DNA of 64,000 nt from Schizochytrium sp. TIO01 (Eukaryota > Protista > Bigyra: Labyrinthulomycetes). Below the pieces are notes generated by a model that ran no database searches, had not been told where the DNA came from, and saw only the letters and a list, made by a program, of their open reading frames with translations. The stretch is taken from NCBI GenBank assembly GCA_004764695.1, contig SMSO01000005.1:62001-126000 (forward strand), in the 5' to 3' direction. The position numbers were made by a program, and so were the translations under genes. This document shows, piece after piece, positions 35,701 through 46,536 of the stretch (position 1 is the stretch's first letter; each line of letters opens with the position of its first letter).

Positions 35701-37909
35701 GTTGGCGCTGTTCGCGCTGTTGGTAGGTACATACTATGGTTGATGATGATGCTCAGTTCTTACATTACATAAATAGATTATTCTTTACTTTCCTATCTCG
35801 CTTTTAGTACTCTTTATTGTTGTGGTAGTGGTTAATTGAAAAGCTTCCCACGAGAGTAGTAGGTATTCCCAATACAGAAAGGAGTGAGCGAGTTCCTGTT
35901 TTACTGGTTCGACACAAATGGCCGATCGTATCATACCTCTTGCTCTCCCAAATGGACTATCAAAAACAACATTTGGACGCGTGTACACTACCCGAGCGAG
36001 AAACCTTCAAGACAGTTTAATCTGGTCTCATCGCTAAATTTTAAAGTATCCCTGTAGTCACTGCATATTTGACGCACCAGTGACTAAACTCAAGCGGTGG
36101 GTAGTCTTTTCTTCAATAAAACTAGATTTGCTTCAATCCAGTTTGAAACCTTCATAATGATCTGAGCCCGGATTTTGCCACAATCAAAGGATACATCACG
36201 AAGTTGAGTCGAAGGGGATTAACGTTAATAATCTGTAGGCGTCAAAATCATAGGAGCGGTTTATCTTGAAATGAGGTGATTACTTCTATTGACTCATGTC
36301 ATCTACACTACAATTAGGTGTTCAGCATGATCTCCATTTGACAACCCATTTGACACACTAGAAGCTTCACCCTTTCACTAGAGAGCTTCAGTGCCGTCTC
36401 CTTTACATATCCTCTTGTCTATTGTGTAGTATTCTCAAGTATACAGTGGTTTATGAAATCCCTTCGATTAAGTTGTAATAATATGAGCAGTTTTCAATGG
36501 GTTCTTATGCTCTTGAACAGAGGGTTCTACACGACCAATATCGACTATCTTTAATGCGTACAAAGCTAAACGTCAAGTGAAGATATTTGCCTATATAAAC
36601 TAAGATTTGCAACTCTTCACTGAAACAATCTTTTTTTCGTACGTTGGAGCTCTGACAATTTGCCCAGTAAGACTTAACACATGTGGCAAAGCCAAAGGCT
36701 AAGCCCATATGCAATCGATTTATCCTGTGCATCTTGTGTTCTTGTCATGCCGACGAAAACAGGTAAATTTGCACAGACAGAGCAAATGCAAGAAAAGGGG
36801 TTTGCATATGAGTAGATGAAATTCATTTGTGCTAAGCTGGGGTGAAACGAAATATTAGTGCCGAGCTTGCAACAACAAAGCGTCAAGAGCAATGCAGAGT
36901 GCATAGTTGCTACCCCTTCTAGTCTTTATAACAGGGAAGCAAGCAGCACAAAACATTATGTTTCGAAACTTTATATATGCTTCAGATTACATCATCTCTG
37001 CAACCTTTAACCCGCAACATCCTCAGAACTCGCAATCTTTTCTGCCTACTACTAACGCATTGATTACATGGGTAATTTAAAAAAATCGCACAATCCGCCC
37101 GTTGCTGATGCCTAGCTAAACCTCACTCAGATCCTTTACCTCCACCATGATTGAGATAGACAATTCTCTAAATTTGTCTGCCATGGTGTCCACATGTGCC
37201 GATTTTCCATATTTTATCCACTCAGCACCATTCCTTTTCCTCACCATTGCTTGTAGTGTAGTACTTACGACTTCGTTACGACATGCAATTACTATATTGT
37301 GTAACTGACTCCTACATATCGGAAATCGAGAGATTGAGAGATTGAGCGGCTGCGCCTACTATTAGTTCACCCCTATACACTCCTAATGCAGCAGTGCATG
37401 GCATGCAGTACTAGCCTAAGAGTGTTACTCATCATCTTGTGATAAACTTCATCACCCATAAAGAATGGCGTTTCGCTCAATACACACCGTCAGCTGCGGC
37501 CCCGACTCTCCAAAGGAACTGTATCAGGCACGAACTTGGAGGACTTCCTCGACGACTACAATAAATTCTCCAAAGTCTACCTAGCCACCTTGAGAACCAT
37601 CTGTCTGTAATTAGCAGGTCTTGCTGTGTTCTGCTTGTTCCCTTTGTTCTACGTGTTCCACCCTCTGTTTCTGGACGTCCTAATATGGTGAATAATGCCG
37701 TGCAATGAAGGTTTCACTGTGAAGGGAATGTTCTACTGTATATAATCCGAATAGCTCACTATATTGGCCTCGAATAGTGTACTGTAGTTGTGCTTTTGTT
37801 TTACTGTGTTGCAGAGGCCAAGAGAGGCCACGAGAGAGGCGTGGAGCAGCGGGCACTGCAGACTTCATCCACGCCGCCTTACCGCCGCGTCTCCGCTGCC
37901 TTTGGCACC

Positions 37910-38887
37910 ATGCTCTCGGCCTCCCGGCTGCTCTTTACACCTCGGGTGCTCTCCCGAGGCTCCTCCGTGTGCTCCTCTGTCTCCTCGCCGAGCGTCTCGA
38001 GGTTCGCCACGCCGCAATTGGCTTCATGGACCTCATCCTCCGCCTTCGCCTCGCTGGTCGCCGCGCCGGCACAGCAGCAGCAGCGCGGTATGGCGTACCT
38101 CGCGCTTAACAACCTTCGCGACAACGATGGCGCCCGCAAGGAGGCTAAGCGTCTCGGTCGTGGTGCTGGATCAGGCTTGGGTAAGACAGCAGGTCGCGGT
38201 ATCAAGGGTCAGAAGGCTCGCACGGGTAACAAGGGTGTCCGTGGCGGCTTTGAGGGTGGTCAGACCCCTCTCCACAGACGTATGCCGAAGTGGGGTTTTA
38301 CCAACGCCCGCAACAAGAAGGACATCTCTGTGGTGAACTTGGGCTCTCTGCAAAAGTACATTGATTCTGGCCGTATCGACCCGTCAAAGGTGATTACGCT
38401 CAAGCAATTGCAGGACTCGAACATCTGCGGCAAGATTAAGGATGGCGCCAAGCTCGTAGGTGATGGCAAGGAGACCTTTAAGACACCTATCTTCATCGAG
38501 GTTACTCGGGCTTCCAAGTCTGCCATTGAGGCCGTCGAGGCCGCTGGCGGTGTCGTGGTTACTGCTTGGTACAACAGGCTGAACCTCAAGGTTTTGCTGA
38601 AGCCTCACCAGTTCCACCCGAACAGAGTGCCCCGGCGCGCACGCCCTCCTGACCAAAAGGAGATGCAGTACTACTTGGACTACGAAAACCGCGGTTACCT
38701 CTCGCCGGAGATGCAGCTCAAGCTCAGGGATCTCAAGGTGAACCTTCTTCACATCCCGTACCCGTTCAAGTCGGTAGAGGAGTATGAGACGTACGTGGAC
38801 CACCTCGAGAACTCCAAAAAGATTCCCTCTGTGCCCAGGCCACCTGTGCTCGAGAGCCCCTTCGAGAACCCCGTGGCGGCCAAGTAA
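37910..38887 (+). CDS. MRPL15: Mitochondrial large-subunit ribosomal protein uL15m (325 aa from first ATG)
   Basis: LNNLRDNDGARKEAKRLGRGAGSGLGKTAGRGIKGQKAR, GFEGGQTPLHRRMPKWGF, ASKSAIEAVEAAGG and YYLDYENRGYL. A Ser/Arg-rich presequence starts at the ATG at 37910. The ORF-track start at 37790 is a non-ATG codon upstream of a likely acceptor TTGCAG (~37814). Confidence 0.95.
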   Translation: MLSASRLLFTPRVLSRGSSVCSSVSSPSVSRFATPQLASWTSSSAFASLVAAPAQQQQRGMAYLALNNLRDNDGARKEAKRLGRGAGSGLGKTAGRGIKGQKARTGNKGVRGGFEGGQTPLHRRMPKWGFTNARNKKDISVVNLGSLQKYIDSGRIDPSKVITLKQLQDSNICGKIKDGAKLVGDGKETFKTPIFIEVTRASKSAIEAVEAAGGVVVTAWYNRLNLKVLLKPHQFHPNRVPRRARPPDQKEMQYYLDYENRGYLSPEMQLKLRDLKVNLLHIPYPFKSVEEYETYVDHLENSKKIPSVPRPPVLESPFENPVAAK

Positions 38888-40985
38888 GTAATATTGCAAG
38901 CAGAACCATTTCCACCTGCCCGTTTACTTCCTTCAGGGAAGGAGGACAGGACACCACAACCCATTTATCCGAAAAATAACTAAAAAAGATTATTACACAC
39001 ACATACACAATTGCAAAAAATAGATTGTTCACCGATCTTATATCCCATCTATGTATATATAGAACTGCAAATCTTGCCCAAGTTTCGTATTTATGCGCAA
39101 TCGCAACAATCAAACTCTTGCATTCTCCTTCGCCTCATACCTTTAGGAAGCACAAAATAGATTATGCTGGCTTACTTCTCACTGGTAGTTATATTCGCAG
39201 TAACAATAATCACATGCCATGAACTATTGAAAAACTACTATCAATTTGGTGGTTTAGGTCATCCTTGTGATTCCGCCATTGAGGCTGAATGAGCTCCTTA
39301 CGACTGGTTCTTCATTTCCTAATTTTTCTTGCGTAATATTTTATGTCAAGTAGGAATATGCGTTCTGAAGCAATATTCTTCTTACGTTCGTACATAAAAA
39401 TCCATCAGTGACCAATGATATACATTTTCTTTTCTTTGTAGTCCCGCATATGTATTCAGATTATCAAACTCCGAGTCAAAGAGATGAAACAACTAAACCC
39501 AGCGTCTGTAGCTTCCCAATTCACGTTTTGATGGGGCCCTCTTGCCCCTTTTAGTAAACATAATAATTTGTTCAATCATTTCTTTCATATAAAAGACATT
39601 GGACAAACCTTTCTCCTACTGTACACTAAGATAAAATATGACTATTCTGGTTGGTATCTTACTTATAAACTAAAGCTCAGCACAGTAAATGTTTTGTTTG
39701 CTGAAAACCCTGCAGGACCATTATTTACAGAAGATGCATTGCCTTTTATAAGAATAGCAGAATAAAATGGTTCAAAAATCTAAGGTCCAGTCAATTACTT
39801 GCCTTCCGTTCTCTTTTGTACTTCTTTAACTAGATGGCCACCGCCAACCGAAAAAGCAGTGCATATTTGAAGTCCATTTGGGGTAAGTGTGCAGACAGCA
39901 TGCTGTGTATGCTCTAATGTGGCAGCAATATGCACCGTTACTATGAGTGATGCTTCTGAGCGTCTTGTATCTGCATCCCAAGAGCCTTGTTCGGTTTCTT
40001 TCAAAGGTATATTTGCAATACTATATGCTATGACGTTTCTAGGAAACCTTGGCACTTAAGATCTATGTTGTTTTCATAATTCTTGCCATGTATTCAAGGT
40101 TTTATTTAGGATTCTCACCCCTACATCTATCGAACTGGAAGATTATAGCTTCATGCCAGTACGCACTCAAGGAAGTTGACTATTATTGTGATACAGTTAT
40201 TGTAGAAACCTAATTAAGATATGACGCGCTCTGAGACAATCAGAAACGCCATCCCATGTTTTTCTTTTGACAAAGCTCGCGAATCTCTCTGCGTAAATAA
40301 TTTGGAGAAGGAAGGTCAGAAATCTACAAAGAGCCTCTACATAGTGGAGCTCGGCAAATCCCTCTAGATGCCAGCCTTCTTTCTCTTCGCCATTTTACAG
40401 ATTTCTACTAGCCATCCTAATCGAACATGTAATGGAGAGCCGGAACTTCGTTAATATATTGAAATCACTATTTCACGAGCTCACCATCATATCCGGTCTA
40501 CAAACAAAAAAACCTAATCGTGCTCTGGTCAGCTGTTCATGTCACTTTTGTTGGATTACTCTTTCTACGATGTATTATCGTCAACGAAATATTTATTCAG
40601 GGCAAAATACGTTCAATTGATGCGTGAAGGAGGTACCCAGCCCATCGGAGTAATCAATCGTTGTTCTTTTGATTTAAATACTTTCGAGTTCTCCTTCCGC
40701 TAGTAATTTGTGATTTTAAAAAAGAGAAGTACCTTAGAAAAAGGAAAAATACAGAACTCAACCTTCGGGTAGGTCCTTAGAAACTCAACTAAACAAAAGA
40801 ACTATTTCAATTTGATTTATAATATTAATTTCAGTATGTCAAATTAAGATACAGTTAAAGCATTTCAACTGATGCGAGGTGCTTCATCTAGGCAGGAAAT
40901 GTATGCACCTCACAGAAACTAGATTGTTTCTAACTCAGCAGTTCTGAATAATAGTTTTAAAGTGAGTGGACTTTGGCCACCCATG

Positions 40986-43900
40986 TTACTCCATCACGCT
41001 TGACACCTGTGTACCAAGCACAGTGATAGCTGAAGGCGGTTTAATCTTCCACCATGCTTTTTTAGTTGCCTTACAATTTTCATCCATGAAAAATCCCGAG
41101 GCAGTTAAGTCAGCTCGAGCTTGGGCCTTGACGTAGGACTTGGTGGGAAATTTTGAAGTATCATAAGCACTGGATGTGGTATAAGCCCTTAATCCAGCAT
41201 ACAACTCCTCAGCAATTTCTTGAATAGTTTGGTTGCCAGGCTGTGTCCACAGCAAGTTGGTCGATTCCAAAGGGTCTTCAGCAAGATTGTAAAGCTCTAC
41301 ACGATAAGCATTCATTTTCGCAGGTGGCTTTCGAACAGTCACCTTTTTAGGCTCCCAGAGAAGCTTATAAACTCCGTTTCGAACTGCGAAGCGAGGGGAA
41401 AAGCCCAGACAATCTCCCATAAAATTGTCACGGAACTCAAATATTAGAGGTTCAGTTTGAGCAACCACAATAGGATCACAAGTACGAAGTAAGCCACATG
41501 ACAAGTCACGCCCTTGGATACGGTTTGCATCTGGTAGAGAAGAAAACTCCTCTGCATAGCCTGCCAAGCTTGCCAGAGTGGGGAAGAGGTCTACCCCGGA
41601 AGCGACTTCGCCGAAAGTTGAGGCGGATGGAATATGATTAGCCCATCTCATAAACATGGGCATGCGCACTCCTGCCTCGTACAGTGACCGCTTTCCGCCT
41701 CGAAAAGGCGAAATGCTGCCTGCAAGGGTGAAGTACATTGCGCGTGTCTCGGGACCATTATCAGAAGTATGAATAATGAGAGTTTTATCATCCAAACTTA
41801 GATCGCCAAGCCGCTCAACAAGACGCCCAACAGCCTCCTCGTGGTCACGTAATAATGTTTGATAGATTTGCTGCGGGACGTATTCCTCAATAAAATCATA
41901 TGGCATGGTCCGGTTTCCGCGATTCGGCCATGGGTTGCTCGTATTACTAGGAAATCCATACTTTGCGGCTTGGTCGTAGGACTCTGCCAAAACCAATGGT
42001 GCATGCGGGTTCTGCAACCAGACTTGAACGAAAAACTTTCGTTCATCCATGGCACGGTCCTCAAGAAATGAAATCGTTCTGTTTACGAGTAAGTCTTGAG
42101 CATAAGATGTAAAGAAAGGATCATTGTTGTTCAAAACTGTGCTATGAGACTGAGAAGCTGTCTCAAAAAGGACTTCTCCTTTATCAAGCCGTGAGCTGCT
42201 TCCATAAAGCTGATACTCGTCCAAACCGTACAAAGGACCATCGGCATCCAATGAGGCGGGGGCGCTGTATCCAAGATGCCACTTGCCAAAATGCGCAGTA
42301 ACGAAGCCTTGGTCATGAAAAAAGCGAGGCATCAAGGTGAAATCATCCACGTCTTGGCCTTCACCAAGGTACGAGACAACTCCCGAGTTGCGGTTTGATT
42401 TGGAAGTTTTATCGAGTGCATTATGAACTCGAACATCAACATGAGAGGGGTAGCGCCCTGAAACAATTGCAGCACGACTTGGTGAGCATACACAGCCATT
42501 TGCGTAATATTGAGTAAAATGAACGCCTTCAGACATGAGCTTGTCAAAAGTTGGCGTACTAGGGCGATATGCAAATTGATCAATTCCTGCGCGGTTTGAG
42601 TTCAAGTTCCCCGAGACATCTCCATAGGCCATATCATCAGCCAGAATGAAAATAATTCCTCTAAGTTCCTCACGGAGCTCTGCTTGGGTCCAATTCTGAA
42701 CAGGTGATGACTCTGAGTTTGTCATGCTCGCCGCAGGACCGCCATAGCACCCGACATGAGGAACTGCGGTGGGCTCGCTGGGAAGGCTACTAATCCAGAA
42801 CTGGAGCTCGAGCATGAGCTGGTTCTTAATCTTTTCAAGCCGACTCTCATCTGCACTACTCTTAGGAACGCTGTTCCACAAGTTCGTCAATTCGAACTCG
42901 CCTCGTGACAAATCGTACAATTCATATCGCTCCTCCACACCAGCAGATTCAGACGCTGGCTCATGGAGTAGCTTGAATGTGCCTTTTAGAATACTGTATC
43001 GCGGAGATTCATGCATGCAGTGACCCGGAGTGCCGAATCTCCATTCCCAGACAAGGGACTGAGTACGAGAAAGCAAGCTGCAATGCGACGAAAGGCAAGA
43101 GGAGGCATCAACACCGGGCAACCCGCTTGGTACGTCAATCTCCGCCCATCCAGCTAGCGTAGGAAGCAAATCGATACCTGTGATGTCAGCGGTCATCGTC
43201 CCAGATCCCATATTGTGACGAAAAAGCCCTTTGAGACCACCATCATAAAGTGAGCGACGGACACCTCGCGCAGAGAGTCGAGGCCTGGAAAATGAATCTG
43301 CTTCTTCAGTCTCGCCTCCAGTCGAAGAATACATCAATGTCAAGGATGAACTGTCATTGACTAAAGTCAAAAGGTCTAATAACTTGTTCATTTCATGAAT
43401 TCTATTCGCCCTGTAAACCTGCTTGGGGCAAGTTTTGTAGCGTGGAATATAAGCGCCACCGCGCGTAAGATCAGGGCAAACTGACCAGCGCGTCTCCGCA
43501 GGACCCTCGACCCCATTGCTCCAGTTGTCTTCATTGACGTTGTCGATACCATGGCCAAAGGCAGCGTCGAGCCTAGGTAGCATCAAGACAACTAAATAAT
43601 CCTCCTCGTTGTTCACCTGCTCGCTGACAAATGCAATCGCGGCATCAATAACATTACTAAAATGGTCACTTATAAAGCGACTGTCTGTGCTCTCTGTGAT
43701 CGCATCGACCGCAAACGGCCATTGCCCAAAATGGCCAACCTTGAAGCCTGCATCACGAAAGGTTGTATAGAGCACAGGGTCAACCTCTGTGGCTTCATTT
43801 TCAGCTGCGTTATCTCGGTGTACACCTATAAGTGCCGGGAAATCCCCTGCAACGACAGCTGCTTCTGAGGGAGCAAGGTCAGGACTTGCAGAGCGATAGT

Positions 43901-44084
43901 TGCTTGCTGCACCCGGTAGGACATTGCCAATCTTCTTCACAAGGTTCGAGGGCAGCGCTTCGAGGTCACCTTGCGTGAATTCCTGCAGCTGCACGAGACA
44001 TGCACCTCTGCCCTCCACGCCGCTGTTCACTAGAGCCAAGCTCATCCACGCCAATACGGCGCGCCACATGTTGCCGTGGGCCAT
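40986..44084 (-). CDS. Secreted S1 (formylglycine-dependent) sulfatase with two tandem sulfatase domains: N-terminal degenerate, C-terminal intact
   Basis: 1032 aa with a signal peptide. The C-domain has IIFILADD, CSPSRAAIVSGRYP, GKWHLG, NPHAP, TSDNG, RGGKRSLYEAGVRMP and VDLFPTLA. The N-domain aligns by eye, but its motifs are degraded. Confidence 0.93.
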   Translation of the reverse strand: MAHGNMWRAVLAWMSLALVNSGVEGRGACLVQLQEFTQGDLEALPSNLVKKIGNVLPGAASNYRSASPDLAPSEAAVVAGDFPALIGVHRDNAAENEATEVDPVLYTTFRDAGFKVGHFGQWPFAVDAITESTDSRFISDHFSNVIDAAIAFVSEQVNNEEDYLVVLMLPRLDAAFGHGIDNVNEDNWSNGVEGPAETRWSVCPDLTRGGAYIPRYKTCPKQVYRANRIHEMNKLLDLLTLVNDSSSLTLMYSSTGGETEEADSFSRPRLSARGVRRSLYDGGLKGLFRHNMGSGTMTADITGIDLLPTLAGWAEIDVPSGLPGVDASSCLSSHCSLLSRTQSLVWEWRFGTPGHCMHESPRYSILKGTFKLLHEPASESAGVEERYELYDLSRGEFELTNLWNSVPKSSADESRLEKIKNQLMLELQFWISSLPSEPTAVPHVGCYGGPAASMTNSESSPVQNWTQAELREELRGIIFILADDMAYGDVSGNLNSNRAGIDQFAYRPSTPTFDKLMSEGVHFTQYYANGCVCSPSRAAIVSGRYPSHVDVRVHNALDKTSKSNRNSGVVSYLGEGQDVDDFTLMPRFFHDQGFVTAHFGKWHLGYSAPASLDADGPLYGLDEYQLYGSSSRLDKGEVLFETASQSHSTVLNNNDPFFTSYAQDLLVNRTISFLEDRAMDERKFFVQVWLQNPHAPLVLAESYDQAAKYGFPSNTSNPWPNRGNRTMPYDFIEEYVPQQIYQTLLRDHEEAVGRLVERLGDLSLDDKTLIIHTSDNGPETRAMYFTLAGSISPFRGGKRSLYEAGVRMPMFMRWANHIPSASTFGEVASGVDLFPTLASLAGYAEEFSSLPDANRIQGRDLSCGLLRTCDPIVVAQTEPLIFEFRDNFMGDCLGFSPRFAVRNGVYKLLWEPKKVTVRKPPAKMNAYRVELYNLAEDPLESTNLLWTQPGNQTIQEIAEELYAGLRAYTTSSAYDTSKFPTKSYVKAQARADLTASGFFMDENCKATKKAWWKIKPPSAITVLGTQVSSVME

Positions 44085-44208
44085 CTTCCACGCAGGTGCC
44101 TGCCTCTGCGGCAGCTGGCGATCAGAAACTTATTACGGTTCTGCCAGAAGCCGTGATCTGCCCAAGTCTCCAGCACACCGTTCTTTACGAGAACGACGAA
44201 TTCCTAAC

Positions 44209-44326
44209 CTGTAGGTAGCCAGGCCCCAACTACCTGGCAGCTGCTGGTTGATGCACAAGTTCACTTGACGCGATGCTTCGCCACCACGGAACACCGACTG
44301 CCGCCTCAGTCTACCTACCTACTTAC
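44209..44326 (-). other. Putative short 5'-UTR intron of the sulfatase gene
   Basis: Minus-strand AA|GTAAGT donor at 44326 and CCTACAG|G acceptor at 44210-44209, giving 118 nt. No coding constraint. Confidence 0.4.
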
Positions 44327-44378
44327 TTCTTTTCTTCCCGTCTGGCAGGAATTCCTCGTCCTCGCCATTCACCACGCC

Positions 44379-44379
44379 G

Positions 44380-44429
<50 letters not shown>
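44379..44429. repeat. (GTC/GTT)17 trinucleotide microsatellite
   Basis: 17 GTY units upstream of the sulfatase, read directly. Confidence 0.92.
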
Positions 44430-44972
44430 TTCAAAGGCGCTCTGGAGGCACACATTCGGGTTCTGAAGATTCTCCGCACTCAGTCAGTTCTGCCGTTGGA
44501 TCTCAAACTCTTAGGCAGCGGTTCTTGATCGCCAGAGCCAACGAATGAACGAAATGAGGGTATCTCTCATTCATTCATTCAATCATTCGTTCATTCATGC
44601 ATTCATGCATTCATTCACGCATTCATTTGCCACTCAAGCTGGGCCCGTGACTGAGGTCGGTCTCAAAGACATCCATCAGCGCGCGCCATGAACTCGACGA
44701 CGATGGCTTCAAAGTCGCGCGTGAGATCGATAGAGTGAGTGAGTGAATAAATGAGTGAATAAACGAGTGAATAAATGAGTAAATGAATGAGTGAATGAGA
44801 TGTCGATGGAAAGGAATTCCGCACATTACAATGGGAATTTCAGGAAGGAAAAAAGAGGGAAAAAATACGGAAGGCCCACCCCGCGCGTCCACATGGGCTC
44901 ACCGTCGCACGAACACCGCGTGCTTCGTTTTAGCACACACCCTTTTTCTTTTCTTTTCTTTTATTTTCAGGC

Positions 44973-45012
<40 letters not shown>
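44973..45012. repeat. (GCAA)10 microsatellite
   Basis: 10 perfect GCAA units; a shorter copy lies at about 51700-51720. Confidence 0.92.
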
Positions 45013-46536
45013 TGTATTTGGAGAATCAAACCTCGAGCACCGGCGGCGAGGAGCGCGAAGCTCGCCAGTGCAGAACTGCGGTTCATTGCCTGCAGGCTGG
45101 ACAGATTGACCGGAAGATGGCCGAGGTCTTGGCAGCAGCAGCCTTGGGCAGTCGCAGCACAGACGGGCCGTTGCCCATGCAGAGTGGTGTAGCTGGCTGT
45201 CCCAACTGCGCGACCTTCAGGTCTGCGGTCTGGCCAACCAAGGAAGGTTAAGCACCCTCTGCGGACATCTTGAGCAGCACTGCGAAAGCCTTTGCTTCAG
45301 CAAGTGCCGCGGCGAGATTTGAGAGCGCCACCTGGCCTCGCTCAGCTCCAAGATGCAGCGGACCTTGAGATCGAACGAAGCCAGTCACTCTCGTGCATAC
45401 ATATGAGCAGCTTCAGCAGCAGCCGAAAGTTCTCGCAAGGGCGTCCAATCGAACGATCCGCTCGCTTCAACTCGACTTCCGGAGTGCCAATGTGCTGATA
45501 TGGAGGCGGACCACGCGGCTTATTGGCCAACACACAGAAGAAAGACTGGTATTCATTTACCATGGCTTAGCCTATTGGCCAAATAAGTAAGTTCTCAATG
45601 TAGGTAGTACCTAGCTAGGTGCCAGTAGTCCGAACGATGAAAACCATCCAAATGATCCAGGCGTTCTTCATGTTCTGATGGCGAAGTGGACGTTCCACAT
45701 GTTCTGTTTTGGTTGATGTTCCCAATGTTCGTGTACAATGTTCCCAGAGTTCGAGCCTTGCTTTGTCAATTGGGTTTTACTTGAATCGAAATGTACACAT
45801 GATTACTTACCTGATTGTGAGAGCTTCTTCAGGTTGCGGCCTGACGAGGAAGAGCAGACATCATGGGCGAGGTCGACGTTATCTTTTGGGAGGGCAGCAC
45901 ATGCTGGTTGCTATCAAGGCGCTTGTACCTCATAATTAGGGGCAGGTGCATTTAGGTTTTCGACTGATTGCGAAGGGAATAGCTGTGGCCTCTTTTGTGT
46001 GCGAACGTATGAGCAGTACTTACGAGGTACCTACTTTCACTTTCGCGAGAGACCTTGGGTTGCGATGGCTTGCGTATCTTGGGTAAACTGTATGGAGACA
46101 TACTTCACAAAGCCATGGGCTCTGGCATGCCGAGTGAGGGCCTGCACGGAGTAGATACATACCTGTCATTGTTGCGAAGGTTTTCTGTTGTGAACCTATG
46201 TAGTGTCCAAGTTTACAGCTCGTACCAACATAGAAGTGTCTACGGCTTAATCCTAAGACATCGACTTTGAACGAAAGCGAATAGAAAAAGAGATGAAGCA
46301 GAAGGATGCTGTTTGCTGCCCATGGTTCCTGCGTCTTAAAGAGTGCGGAACCAGCCAGCAAACAAGCAACGCGAGTCACTCTCGCCTCCAACGTGTGGCT
46401 CCATCAAGCTTTACTTTACAGGGTCTCCCGCGAGGTTTTCCTGGCACAACACCAAGGCTCTCCGCCTGCTCAGGCGTTCAAGAAATACCTGTGCCGAGGA
46501 TTAATCCTTAAACTTGACTGACCCTAGTCAACGGAG

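Noticed and set aside
45803-45960. U1 snRNA-like sequence (TACTTACCTG, later GGGCGAGG and CATAATT)
   Set aside because: It lacks the GAUCACGAAG and AUUGCAC loops and a proper U-rich Sm site. It is better explained as the reverse complement of a splice donor.
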